Sequence record: NZ_CP145666.1 | Length of the DNA: 64,000 nucleotides | Strand: one strand, 5' to 3' | DNA from: a plasmid | Shown: piece after piece, positions 1-9,304 of the stretch | How positions within the stretch are numbered: the first letter of the stretch is position 1 | Layout of the letters: the number at the start of each line of letters is the position of its first letter | Translations under genes and position numbers: made by a program | The notes under the pieces: generated by a model | Database searches by the model: none | Seen by the model: only the letters and a program-made list of their open reading frames with translations | What the model was told of the DNA's origin: nothing

Positions 1-269
1 TATACGTATCCGCTTAACGAACAAGAACCTCACGCGCGTCTTTCATCAGGGCCCGAATCGATGACGATTCATCATGGCCGTTTATAGTACCGCAGTCTCT
101 CCCCTTTATTTTTACTGAAGAGCAGACAGAAACCATAAATACCGGCTTTGACATGCCGGGGAAGTCCTTATAGTACAATAATTTTCGATATCCAAACTGA
201 CCCCAAGTAAGGACGGTCGCGCCTGTGGTGGTTTTATCTCCGTGGAGCGCCTGGCCCCGGCCATAATTG

Positions 270-773
270 TTAGTTCGATACCCCATGAGTCACGCCTCCG
301 GGTATTGCCAGAAAGTCGGGGGCTTCAGCCATACCTTTGCGCGATAACAGCACTAATCTGTCCTGCGGGGTCGAGACAATTTCATCCCCGTTATCCAGTA
401 CGCTGCCCACCAGCGCGAGCCCTTTCTCGAAGTGTGTAGCTTTCTGGCCAGCGCTTGAAACAATCCGTGCAGATGAACCATCGGTATAAGTGACTGCATC
501 ACCCTCCACTGCGATTTTGACCATTTGACCGTTGTCTAGATCCATAACCCTGGCGCTATCAACAGCGGTTACGACACCACCTCGCGCAGTCAGGCTTCCC
601 TCGACCGCAACACGCCAGATTGCTGTTACCGGGTGTTGGCGATCCCTTTCAGCGTTCTGCTCAATAATTTGTCGAGCATCCACATCCATTGCGGCCAGAT
701 CAGCGTCAGAGAAAGGGGATTTGTCAAAGTCGGCCAGCATTTGTTGAGTTGCTTCATTTGTAAACTGCTTCAT
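270..773 (-). CDS. hypothetical protein (167 aa), divergent from umuDC
   Basis: Intact ORF from the six-frame track. No family recognised. Repetitive G-D/V-rich C-terminal half. Confidence 0.4.
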   Translation of the reverse strand: MKQFTNEATQQMLADFDKSPFSDADLAAMDVDARQIIEQNAERDRQHPVTAIWRVAVEGSLTARGGVVTAVDSARVMDLDNGQMVKIAVEGDAVTYTDGSSARIVSSAGQKATHFEKGLALVGSVLDNGDEIVSTPQDRLVLLSRKGMAEAPDFLAIPGGVTHGVSN

Positions 774-989
774 CGTTATTACTCCTTATAAAATGTACGG
801 ATAAATTCCGAATTGTATACGAAGTAAGCACGAGTAAATTCTGAAAATGAACTGAGGAATCATATGGTTGCAATTTGTTATGTGCAGTTACCCACTTCTG
901 GACAAGTGATAAGAAAAACCTGAAGAGTGATAGCGGAAAATAACTTTCGGAAAAGGAGGTGCGAAAATTCCTGGCTCCTGTCTATAATA

Positions 990-1005
990 CTGTATGGATA
1001 TACAG
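990..1005 (+). promoter_or_regulatory. LexA (SOS) box overlapping the umuD promoter
   Basis: CTGTATGGATATACAG fits CTGT-N8-ACAG. TATAAT at 984-989 lies immediately upstream and overlaps it. Confidence 0.6.
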
Positions 1006-1026
1006 CACCACGAAGAGCAGAGCATT

Positions 1027-1443
1027 ATGAAACTTATCCCAGTGACACAACAATCACCAGGCCAATTCCCGTTGTTCGTTGAGCCTGTCAGCGCAGGTTT
1101 CCCTTCAGTCGCTTCCGATTATGTTGATGAATTTATTGATCTAAATACTCACCTCATCAAACATCCATCTGCAACCTACTTCTTACGAGTAACAGGTTCA
1201 TCGATGGTAGAGGCACGTATTCACGAAGGCGATCTGGTCATCGTGGATAGCTCACTTGAGGCGAAAGAGGGGGATATTGTGATTGCGACCGTTGATGGTG
1301 ATTTCACCATTAAGCGGTTGCAGCTAAGCCCGGCTCCCGCGCTACTGCCAATGAATAGCCGGATGTCACCGATCTATCTGAAAGAAGGCGAAGAACTGGC
1401 CATTTTTGGCGTGGTGACCTTCATCGTGTACAAGGCCTTGTGA
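1027..1443 (+). CDS. umuD: UmuD-like S24 peptidase / translesion polymerase V accessory subunit
   Basis: Translation from MKLIPV aligns with UmuD/MucA along its length ([31 protein letters not shown]). Stop TGA overlaps the umuC ATG (TGATG). Confidence 0.85.
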   Translation: MKLIPVTQQSPGQFPLFVEPVSAGFPSVASDYVDEFIDLNTHLIKHPSATYFLRVTGSSMVEARIHEGDLVIVDSSLEAKEGDIVIATVDGDFTIKRLQLSPAPALLPMNSRMSPIYLKEGEELAIFGVVTFIVYKAL

Positions 1444-2708
1444 TGTTCTGCCTGGTGGATTGCAACTCATTTTACGCCTCCTGCGAGAGAGTCTTTCGGC
1501 CCGATCTGGTGAACAAGCCAATTGTATGCCTTTCGAACAATGATGGCATGGTCGTGGCACGTTCAGCGGAAGCTAAAAAATTAGGTATCCAGAATGGTGA
1601 CGTGTACTTCCAGAAGAAAGCATTCTTTGAAGCTAACGGTGTACATGTTTTCAGTTCTAACTATGCCTTGTACGCGGAGATCTCCCGTAGGGTGTGTGAG
1701 ACATTATTTAAATTCTCCAGTAATACTGAGGTCTACAGTATTGATGAAGTTTTCCTTTCGTTTGAAGGAATGCAGAAAAATTATAATTTTGATGACTATG
1801 GAAGAGAAATAAAGAAAACCGTATTAAAGAGCACCCATATACCCGTGGGGGTGGGCATATCGACAACTAAAACTTTGGCAAAACTAGCAAATAAAGCTGC
1901 AAAAACATGGACTAAAACAGGCGGAGTGGTTGATCTCAGCAGTCCAGAAAGACAACGTAAATTATTGCCATATATTGACGTAAGCGATGTCTGGGGGGTG
2001 GGCCGGAGATATGCCACCAGACTGAACAGCATGGGCATCAGGACTGCTCTCGATCTGGCCAATGCGCCAACATCGCTTATCCGTAACACATTTGGAGTCG
2101 TACTGGAGCGAACGCAGCGCGAATTGAATGGCGAGTCCTGCATAGCCCTGGAAGAGGTGAGGAAGGTTAAGCAGCAGATCATCAGCTCGCGTTCATTCGG
2201 CCAGAAAATAGAGCACTACGAAGCAATGCACCAGGCGGTGTGTGAGTATGCCGAACGTGCAGGCGAGAAGCTGCGCGAAGAGAAGCAATACTGTCGCTGC
2301 ATAACGGTTTTTATTGGCACAAGTTACTATTCGAAAACGGCCCCTTACAGTGGCCAGCAGACAGTCAAGCTGGAAAACCCCACCGCCGATACCCGGGAAA
2401 TCATTGCGGCTGCGGTCGCAGGGCTCCGGCATATCTGGCAGGAGGGATACCGATACCATAAAGCCGGAGTGATGCTATCTGACTTTTATGATAGCGCCAC
2501 CAGCCAGCTCGATTTGTTTGGTGAGAACCGACTCTTTGCCAATGGTGAAGCGTTGATGGGCGTGATGGATAGAATTAACCGGTCAGGTCGGGGGAAATTA
2601 TGGTTTGCGGGCCAGGGCATCGACAAAGACTGGACGATGCGGCGGGAGTTATTGTCACCATCCTATCTCACTAACATTAATGAAATCCCTCGCGTCAGGA
2701 TTGGCTAA
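1443..2708 (+). CDS. umuC: UmuC-like Y-family DNA polymerase V catalytic subunit
   Basis: [22 protein letters not shown]...[10 protein letters not shown] matches the UmuC/MucB N-terminus. Full length 421 aa. Confidence 0.9.
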   Translation: MFCLVDCNSFYASCERVFRPDLVNKPIVCLSNNDGMVVARSAEAKKLGIQNGDVYFQKKAFFEANGVHVFSSNYALYAEISRRVCETLFKFSSNTEVYSIDEVFLSFEGMQKNYNFDDYGREIKKTVLKSTHIPVGVGISTTKTLAKLANKAAKTWTKTGGVVDLSSPERQRKLLPYIDVSDVWGVGRRYATRLNSMGIRTALDLANAPTSLIRNTFGVVLERTQRELNGESCIALEEVRKVKQQIISSRSFGQKIEHYEAMHQAVCEYAERAGEKLREEKQYCRCITVFIGTSYYSKTAPYSGQQTVKLENPTADTREIIAAAVAGLRHIWQEGYRYHKAGVMLSDFYDSATSQLDLFGENRLFANGEALMGVMDRINRSGRGKLWFAGQGIDKDWTMRRELLSPSYLTNINEIPRVRIG

Positions 2709-2786
2709 TCAGCAGTGAAAACTTCATTCGTCATCGATAAAATTCGTCTGTAAACAAAACGAACTTGATATACTCGGTTTCGCTTG

Positions 2787-2811
2787 TTATGAGTATGTAT
2801 GTACATACAGT
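2787..2811. promoter_or_regulatory. Ter-like imperfect palindrome in the promoter of the tus homolog
   Basis: TTATGAGTATGTATGTACATACAGT resembles the TerB core GTATGTTGTAACTAAAG. In E. coli, TerB sits in the tus promoter. Confidence 0.3.
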
Positions 2812-2857
2812 CCTCCGTGCAGCGGAGGGAGTTTAGAGCCCTTTTTCGGGGATAGAA

Positions 2858-3748
2858 ATGAATATCTCAACAACTTTCCAGACGCTGGAGAGCGAGATCA
2901 CACAACTTCGTGGAGTGCTGGGTTCCCGGCTTCCGCTCAAGGCGAGTGTCTGCGTCCTGCCAGCCGTTGCTGATGGCGAAGAAGATATGGCCATCGAACA
3001 CATCATGCCTGAGCTGAAACAGGGACACGATGCTGTCCATGCTGCCTGCGCGGCATACGCTGACCTGCATATCAGGGATGGCTATTCGCAGAAGTCCGCT
3101 CGGCGCACTACCGGCGTATTATGGTACGACAATACAGATGCGGAATTCTCTCAGCTGGTTACCCGTTTGGTGACATCCATCAACCAGCATAAAGAGAGCA
3201 TTCAACGCCACATCATCGAAAACTACGGTGGTGATCGCCGACCGGAATACATGCGCTTCAACGCGCTGCATAGCGCCTGCCCTGGTGTCATGACCCTGCA
3301 TCTCTATCGGCAGCTGCGTATGTTTGATAATGCTAACGTCAATCTGGTCAGTTTCGGCTGGAGGCAAAAGACGCTTTTTAGCAGGGTTAACAAAATCGAG
3401 TTGCTCCAGAAGATGGGCAAGGACATCGAGGAAGATGAAGATAAATCAGTCAGACTCAACTCGTTGATTAAGGCTATTGCGCGTGTACCGGAAGAAAAGC
3501 TTCGCTTACGCCGTCCGGTTAAAGTGCATCCAGCTGCAAACATCGCGATGGCTGATCCTGAACACCCCGACCAGATACTGCGTCTTTCTGCCGCTTCATC
3601 TATGCCGTTCATTATCATTCAGGATGAGCACGTGAAAATTCGGCCATTGCCAGAGTTCGTGGCCAATGAAGTAAAGCCGAGGAGTAACCGCCTCAAGACA
3701 GATGTGATCGGTATATTCCACGGCGAAAGTATCGAAATGATTCTCTGA
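2858..3748 (+). CDS. tus: Tus-family DNA replication terminus site-binding protein homolog
   Basis: Alignable blocks with E. coli Tus: GVLWYDNTD vs GVLCYQVDN, GWRQKTLF vs GWANKHII, LRLRRPVKVHPAA vs LKIKRPVKVQPIA, and a similar C-terminus. Divergent overall. Confidence 0.6.
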   Translation: MNISTTFQTLESEITQLRGVLGSRLPLKASVCVLPAVADGEEDMAIEHIMPELKQGHDAVHAACAAYADLHIRDGYSQKSARRTTGVLWYDNTDAEFSQLVTRLVTSINQHKESIQRHIIENYGGDRRPEYMRFNALHSACPGVMTLHLYRQLRMFDNANVNLVSFGWRQKTLFSRVNKIELLQKMGKDIEEDEDKSVRLNSLIKAIARVPEEKLRLRRPVKVHPAANIAMADPEHPDQILRLSAASSMPFIIIQDEHVKIRPLPEFVANEVKPRSNRLKTDVIGIFHGESIEMIL

Positions 3749-3841
3749 CCACACCGGCCAAAGGACTGGCCGTATTCCCCCCTCATAATTTCGTCACTCG
3801 CCGTCCATGCCATACCCTGAAACTAATATTGAAAATTCATT

Positions 3842-4441
3842 ATGTTCAGCAAGGAATGTGGCGTGAAATACTTTGAATGTGCGCTCAGGTTCAGAATCGC
3901 CCCAGGTGACGTGTATGGGATCCACCAGCAACTGGATAAGGTAGTCCAGGAACGTTCTGGGTCGCGACTCCCATACACCTTCTACTCTCGCAAACAAAGT
4001 GCCTCCGACACCCAGGTTGTTCTGAGAACGGCTGTTGCACTCGGGCTCCCTGGCGAAGTCATGAAGGAAATCATGTTTGTGTCTGGCCAGAAAATTCGAA
4101 TCTGCGGCTCGCTGGCCACTATTCGACGCGAGGAAGCTGGAGGCCGGAAAAGAGAGATTTGTCCACCTGCCCATGAACTCCCGGATTATATCCACTATCA
4201 CCTGGAACGGGCCGGAGTGATCTGTGGACGGTTACGTATCGTTCGAAGCACCAAGTTCCATATTATTAAGCCCGGGAGCGTTGGCCGTACATCCCACAAG
4301 ATCATTGTACCGATGAGCCAGTACGATGCTGAATGCGTGATTGAAGATGTCGGCGCACTTGAACAGGCATACGCTTTCGGGATCGGCAGAAAGCGGATAT
4401 TCGGCTTTGGCTATATGAACAGCATCGAAGTGCTTTCCTGA
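3842..4441 (+). CDS. Cas6e (CasE/Cse3)-like RAMP endoribonuclease homolog, solo
   Basis: 199 aa, same length as CasE. N-terminal DVYGIHQQL matches CasE DLYQLHQGL, including the catalytic His. C-terminal loop GIGRKRIFGFG fits the RAMP GhGxxxxxGhG motif, as in CasE GIGPAKSMGCG. No other cas genes or CRISPR array nearby. Confidence 0.5.
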   Translation: MFSKECGVKYFECALRFRIAPGDVYGIHQQLDKVVQERSGSRLPYTFYSRKQSASDTQVVLRTAVALGLPGEVMKEIMFVSGQKIRICGSLATIRREEAGGRKREICPPAHELPDYIHYHLERAGVICGRLRIVRSTKFHIIKPGSVGRTSHKIIVPMSQYDAECVIEDVGALEQAYAFGIGRKRIFGFGYMNSIEVLS

Positions 4442-4567
4442 ACAGGCCATTAAGCATAGTTATTATCTGAATTTCAAACCGACTCGCAAACTTACGGCAT
4501 TAACACTTCTGATACACCCTTTAAATGCTGTAAACTGTTGTAGCCCTTACTAAATCGTAAGAGTGGG

Positions 4568-4703
4568 GATTTGCAGCCCCGACTAATGACACGCCGTTCA
4601 TGTACTTGAACGGTTCGCACTCGCTCGCCTGTTTTTTGTCAATGGTGGGTCGGGGCGTGGGAGCCTTACGGCTCGCCAGTCGTCATTAGCTGGTACTGCA
4701 AAC
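4568..4703. other. structured intergenic element (nested inverted repeats), possibly an ssDNA promoter/ssi-like site or structured RNA
   Basis: TTTGCAG...CTGCAAA outer arms, TAATGAC...GTCATTA inner arms, CCCCGAC...GTCGGGG, and a 7-bp stem hairpin CCGTTCA-tgtact-TGAACGG at 4594-4613. Confidence 0.4.
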
Positions 4704-4729
4704 CATGTTCCGATTCACCACCAAAGGAA

Positions 4730-4987
4730 ATGGAGATGGAAAAACAGGACTGGCATAAGGCAGACATCATAGCTGCGCTACATAAGAAAGGTTTGTCACT
4801 TGCCTCACTGAGTAGGGCTAACGGTCTTTCAAGCAGCACTCTGGCAAATGCACTGACACGTGACTGGCCTAGAGGCGAGATCATCATCGCTAATGCAATT
4901 GGTGAAGAACCTCAAGAAATATGGCCAACCCGATATTTTGATAAGGCAGGAATGCCGATCAAGAGAATCATAAGAAAACCGGTTTAA
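4730..4987 (+). CDS. Ner/Nlp-family small DNA-binding regulator
   Basis: DWHKADIIAALHKKGLSLASLSR...WPRGE...IWPTRY is the Ner-family signature. Confidence 0.7.
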   Translation: MEMEKQDWHKADIIAALHKKGLSLASLSRANGLSSSTLANALTRDWPRGEIIIANAIGEEPQEIWPTRYFDKAGMPIKRIIRKPV

Positions 4988-5157
4988 ATGAAAAAGGCTG
5001 GCATTTTTGCTGGCCTTATATACCTCCTGGCTCTGCTACTGAAACCACTAACACCGATCAAATGGTCATCAGCGAAATACCCCGTTCATTTCTATTGACC
5101 TCTTTACCTCCATGTAATCAAATTGATGGAATAATAACGGTTACGAGAGACAAACTG

Positions 5158-5649
5158 ATGACGGTGTTATCTGCCCCTGAAATGCGCTTTGGAACCAAAC
5201 AGGATGTTCCCTTTATCATAGCGGTGATTCGCGACGGTATGCGGGATGGGTATTTTAACTTTGATGATGATGACGGACTGTCTCAGTTCGAAAGTCAGAT
5301 CTCAGAAGCCATTGCCAGGCGGGAACGGGGAGAGAATTGCGCCGATTTCTTGTTTGTCTTTGATGCTCAACATAATGGCGCAGCGATAGGTTTTGCCCTA
5401 CTGACGGGCAAAAATGGTGCAAATGGACTTGCTTCACATCTGGAAATCAGGATGTTTGGTGTTACCAGGAGTCAAAGACAAAAAGGATTTGGGCGCTCCA
5501 TGTTGCAAAGTATTCTGGATGCTACTCCCGGCCATAAAGTGGAGGCATCCTGTCTTCCTGCATCAGTTGTCATGGCCAGGATGCTGACTAATGCGGGTTT
5601 TCACGTCAAAGAGATAAGCCCGTTTGGAAAGCGTACTTTCAGACGCTAA
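5158..5649 (+). CDS. GNAT-family N-acetyltransferase
   Basis: RSQRQKGFGRSMLQSIL is an acetyl-CoA binding motif (Q/RxxGxG). Start chosen at MTVLSAP. Confidence 0.55.
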   Translation: MTVLSAPEMRFGTKQDVPFIIAVIRDGMRDGYFNFDDDDGLSQFESQISEAIARRERGENCADFLFVFDAQHNGAAIGFALLTGKNGANGLASHLEIRMFGVTRSQRQKGFGRSMLQSILDATPGHKVEASCLPASVVMARMLTNAGFHVKEISPFGKRTFRR

Positions 5650-5734
5650 TGTAAAATTCAGATAAAAAAACCGGCTGACGAATTCAGTCGGTTTAGTAAT
5701 CCTGCAAAAGGATGCTGGACAGCGACGGACGACT

Positions 5735-6511
5735 TCAGAGCTGTGGCAATGGCCCCTGGTTATCTTCAGTCGCAGCCTGGTCTTTATCCGGGGTGGCCGT
5801 TGCAGTCCGCGAGGCATCAAATGAGACCGTTGGGTCGCTGAGAGTCAGGATGCCAGTGTCTTCAACTTCTCGCGTTGTCAGCGTAAGCTCAGATTTACTG
5901 TCATCACACTTATTCGTTTTCTCCGCCAGTGCCTTGCACCAGATATAACGACCTCTCTGGGCATCAGAGACTGAAGGCTCTCCATATTTCTCGATCGCCG
6001 ACTTCAGTAAGAGATCAGGGTTGCTGAATGAAAAGCGGATTTTGTAAGCCACCGGCTCAATGGGGTCAACTGCCGTATCGGGGATAAAATAGACCACCGT
6101 CTCCTGGTGAGCATCTCCCCAGAAAATACTATTCAATGAGTTGTTACTGTAGCGCTTTTGAATTTCTTCACCAGCAGACTGGCCAAGTTTGTCAGTGATA
6201 GCAGTGATCGCTTCAGAAGCTGTCATCCGCAGGCTTACCGGCCCTATAGAAAAAGACATAACATCAAAGCTATTCAGGGGGGTAATGGTGCTTTCTGGAG
6301 CGGTAGATGAATCGGGTACGTCATCACTGTACAGACTGTCATCCCCCGGAGAAGGCGTTACAGGTGCTGAATTTTGGATGTCAGGTGTGTAGCTGGGATC
6401 GGGAGCGTATAGGCCCATTGTATCATTCTGTACAGCAGAATATACCGAAGCGGTCGGCAGGACGGTAAGGAGCGCAAGGGCGCAGTATCCAAGGTATCTG
6501 GTCATATTCAC
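5735..6511 (-). CDS. exported hypothetical protein with signal peptide
   Basis: N-terminal hydrophobic signal LALLTVLPTASVYSA. Pro/Ser-rich linker. Confidence 0.4.
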   Translation of the reverse strand: MNMTRYLGYCALALLTVLPTASVYSAVQNDTMGLYAPDPSYTPDIQNSAPVTPSPGDDSLYSDDVPDSSTAPESTITPLNSFDVMSFSIGPVSLRMTASEAITAITDKLGQSAGEEIQKRYSNNSLNSIFWGDAHQETVVYFIPDTAVDPIEPVAYKIRFSFSNPDLLLKSAIEKYGEPSVSDAQRGRYIWCKALAEKTNKCDDSKSELTLTTREVEDTGILTLSDPTVSFDASRTATATPDKDQAATEDNQGPLPQL

Positions 6512-6774
6512 CTCGTCAGTAGCAGTTGTCCTACTGTAACAGCGCGAGGTTTGAGAACATCATGGAAATGGGGTCAAAGCGGGGCGAAAAACAAGCCTGA
6601 TTCACATGGCTTACGTAGCAGCATGGAGATCTCCTGAAGTCGGAGAAAATGAGTCAGATAACGCGAATATCGAAAATGGAACGAAGTACTTAATTACCTA
6701 ACAGGAGGTACATGTTAACCTGACGAACATTGCTTACTGCCTATTTGTAGATTCAGGCTACAGGGAGAATCCAA

Positions 6775-7176
6775 GTGCCAAACTGCATACCCCTTAATCC
6801 GGTATTACCTAAAAACTTCGACGATACACCTAATGAAAAGCGCTCAAAGTCTCAGCTTGATGCCTGGTGGGATCATCCATATGGCATTACTTGCCCGGAC
6901 GGGAAAATCACTGTTCGATGCCTGAATGGAGGAGCTTGGGATCGTTCGACAGTGCTGGGAGTAGCGGACAATTACGAAGAAGCCTGCGAGCTCGCAGAGC
7001 GCGAGCAATCAGCATGGGTCAAACGCCGTGCGGAGCCAATATTCTACTATAGCGGTGAAGCTCCATTCAGAGCGATAAGGGATGCACAACGTCCTGATCA
7101 GGAGCAGACCTTTGTCGCGTCTTTTGACACGCAAGATGAGCTAATCAGCTGGCTTAATAGTCAGAAAACCAGTTAA
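6775..7176 (+). CDS. hypothetical protein
   Basis: ORF only. Confidence 0.3.
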   Translation: MPNCIPLNPVLPKNFDDTPNEKRSKSQLDAWWDHPYGITCPDGKITVRCLNGGAWDRSTVLGVADNYEEACELAEREQSAWVKRRAEPIFYYSGEAPFRAIRDAQRPDQEQTFVASFDTQDELISWLNSQKTS

Positions 7177-7361
7177 TACCAAGTCTGGAAGTCTGCTTCT
7201 CAACAGACTTCCACATTTGATTATCAAGCTCCCCATAATTTGGGTTCAGTATAAACATTCCATTACGTTCTATTCCCCTCATTACATTCATCTATCCGTA
7301 AATTTCGTTAGCCAGCACATCGGGGTGATACTGATGTCAGGTAAACAAAACGGATGCAAAA

Positions 7362-7652
7362 ATGCAGACATGTTCGGAAGTCCTGGCGGTTGAAATATTC
7401 AATCAAGTTGGACGTGAGGCAGCTATTGCTCAATATAACTTAATTTGTGAAATAGCCCAGCGACGTTACGAAGACAGCCTGGCCAAATATGGTTCCGTGC
7501 CAGCTGGTTTCACCGCGCTCAATTTCCTCCATCCGGCAGAACTTCAGGAGCGTTACATCCTGGGGTTGGGAATTCAGCTTTGTATCGATGAGCAGCATGA
7601 AGCCAGGGAACGGGTTTTAGCTCGCTGCCTGGCAAGAAAAAGGGCCGCATAA
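7362..7652 (+). CDS. hypothetical protein
   Basis: ORF only. Confidence 0.3.
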   Translation: MQTCSEVLAVEIFNQVGREAAIAQYNLICEIAQRRYEDSLAKYGSVPAGFTALNFLHPAELQERYILGLGIQLCIDEQHEARERVLARCLARKRAA

Positions 7653-7720
7653 ACAGGTGATAAAACAACTCAGCTATAGCTGAACACGCACTAATTGGCT
7701 ATGTTAACAAAACGAACAAG

Positions 7721-7966
7721 GTGGCGATTATGTACAGTGAATCTATCGATCGTGCTATCAGTATCCTCAAGGACGCGGGCGAAAAAATCGGTATGGAACT
7801 GGGTAGTAATGTGACATCTCAGGAATCAGAACTGCTTGAGGATGCGCTGGTGGGCCTGACTAAAGTTAAAGGGCAACTCTGCGGTAATCACTCCTTAACT
7901 GATGTAAAAGCGGACGTCGTGCCTTTTAGTCTCAGTTCGACGAAGAACGTCGATAGCCCGCATTAA
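7721..7966 (+). CDS. hypothetical protein
   Basis: ORF only. Confidence 0.3.
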   Translation: MAIMYSESIDRAISILKDAGEKIGMELGSNVTSQESELLEDALVGLTKVKGQLCGNHSLTDVKADVVPFSLSSTKNVDSPH

Positions 7967-7995
7967 TTAACAACCACCAACTGGACGGAAGGGAT

Positions 7996-8547
7996 ATGAC
8001 TGAAGACAACGCCGGTAGTGTTTCTGGAAAAGCACAGAACGCCCCAAAAGCAAATGCCCACCTGGACAGGCTCTTTGATTTCATTGTGACAGAAATCAAA
8101 GAGCAGGGTGCAGCACCGTCTTACGAGCAGATCTGTTCTTCTCTGGGGTATTCAAAAGGGCTCGTTTCCCGGCGTATCCGGCAGTTGCATGACCAGGGAC
8201 GAATCATTATCGATGGTGAAAGAAAGTCTATGACGCTGCGCGTAGCGAAAGGACAAGGTCATGATGACATTGCCGAACTCCCGGACATGACCAGTGACAG
8301 GAAAGCAATCATCACGTATGTCAAAAAATACATGAACAGAAATGGTGGCCGTGGGCCATCAGTTCACGCAATAGGGAAAGCGCTCGGCTTCTCGAATAAC
8401 AAGGCGCGTAGACATGTGGACTATCTCGACGAAGTAGAGAGGGTACGTTACAGCCCTCATCTTAATGAAGTAATCGTTATCAATCAGGGTGATTACGTTA
8501 AAATTACCCAGGACAACGATGAACCACCGAGCCCGGCAGAAGGTTAG
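7996..8547 (+). CDS. putative DNA-binding protein with two tandem winged-helix (LexA-N-like) domains
   Basis: Internal repeat SYEQICSSLGYSKGLVSRRIRQLHDQGRI / SVHAIGKALGFSNNKARRHVDYLDEVERV. Confidence 0.35.
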   Translation: MTEDNAGSVSGKAQNAPKANAHLDRLFDFIVTEIKEQGAAPSYEQICSSLGYSKGLVSRRIRQLHDQGRIIIDGERKSMTLRVAKGQGHDDIAELPDMTSDRKAIITYVKKYMNRNGGRGPSVHAIGKALGFSNNKARRHVDYLDEVERVRYSPHLNEVIVINQGDYVKITQDNDEPPSPAEG

Positions 8548-8549
8548 CC

Positions 8550-8765
8550 ATGATTCGCATATGGAGAGAAGTTGTAAACGTAAAGGTTCAGGACGGGAGC
8601 CGTAACGGACGAATCTGGTTTCTTGAACTTTCGTGTGGCCATCATGCTGTCAGACGTATACCTCGATTACGTCTGCATAATCTGACGCAATTCGAACGAC
8701 TTGAGCCACCAGCTAAATGTCACTGTGTATTGTGTGAAATAGATGCTATTGCAGGACAAAAATAG
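8550..8765 (+). CDS. small Cys/His-containing zinc-ribbon-like protein
   Basis: CGHH...C.C.LC spacing. Overlaps the upstream gene by 3 nt. Confidence 0.3.
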   Translation: MIRIWREVVNVKVQDGSRNGRIWFLELSCGHHAVRRIPRLRLHNLTQFERLEPPAKCHCVLCEIDAIAGQK

Positions 8766-8873
8766 CAATAAACACAACATAAAAGCCCTCAATTTGTCCC
8801 CATTGTTTTTAGCCTGACAGCATTGGTACTGATAGCCTAATCATATTTAAACGCATAACCCTATGGTGGACAT

Positions 8874-9278
8874 ATGAAAAAAGCTGTTTTTGGCCTTTTA
8901 GCACTATTGCCCTTCATAACCAGCGCAGAATCGATCGATCCGAACGATTTCTATGCTCAGCAGCCTTCTCAAAACTACCAACAACCTGCTGCCAGCGAGC
9001 AACAGGACGATGCTGACAATTCCAGTGACCAGACAGCTGCGATCGTATTGAACCTGGAAAGTTACAAACCGCTGGGGAATTTTGTAGTCCCCCAGGGAGT
9101 AGAACGCCCATTCATTGGTCTTATTAACAGCAAAATTTTCATACTGTCTGAGCAACCAGATAAACGCTTGGCTGGCCTATGGATAGGTCGTAGTCAGGAT
9201 GGTCGTGAAGCACTTTGTGGTTACCTGAACAACAGTATGCAGGTCAGAAAATGTTATTACATCTTATATCGTGAGTAA
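8874..9278 (+). CDS. secreted hypothetical protein
   Basis: Signal peptide MKKAVFGLLALLPFITSA. Confidence 0.4.
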   Translation: MKKAVFGLLALLPFITSAESIDPNDFYAQQPSQNYQQPAASEQQDDADNSSDQTAAIVLNLESYKPLGNFVVPQGVERPFIGLINSKIFILSEQPDKRLAGLWIGRSQDGREALCGYLNNSMQVRKCYYILYRE

Positions 9279-9304
9279 AAAATGGGGCCGTAGCCCCATT
9301 TATT
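9279..9304. terminator. bidirectional rho-independent terminator
   Basis: ATGGGGCcgtaGCCCCAT hairpin flanked by A/T runs, between convergent genes. Confidence 0.55.

Noticed and set aside
270-773. PAAR-like or phage spike protein call for the first ORF
   Set aside because: Only a vague Gly/Asp/Val repeat resemblance. No diagnostic motif. Left as hypothetical.
3842-4730. CRISPR array next to the Cas6e-like gene
   Set aside because: No regularly spaced direct repeats of 28-37 bp were found anywhere in the window. The downstream structure is made of inverted, not direct, repeats.
5650-5700. Terminator between the GNAT gene and the convergent exported-protein gene
   Set aside because: The palindrome around GAATTC is imperfect and I could not define a convincing stem plus T-run.
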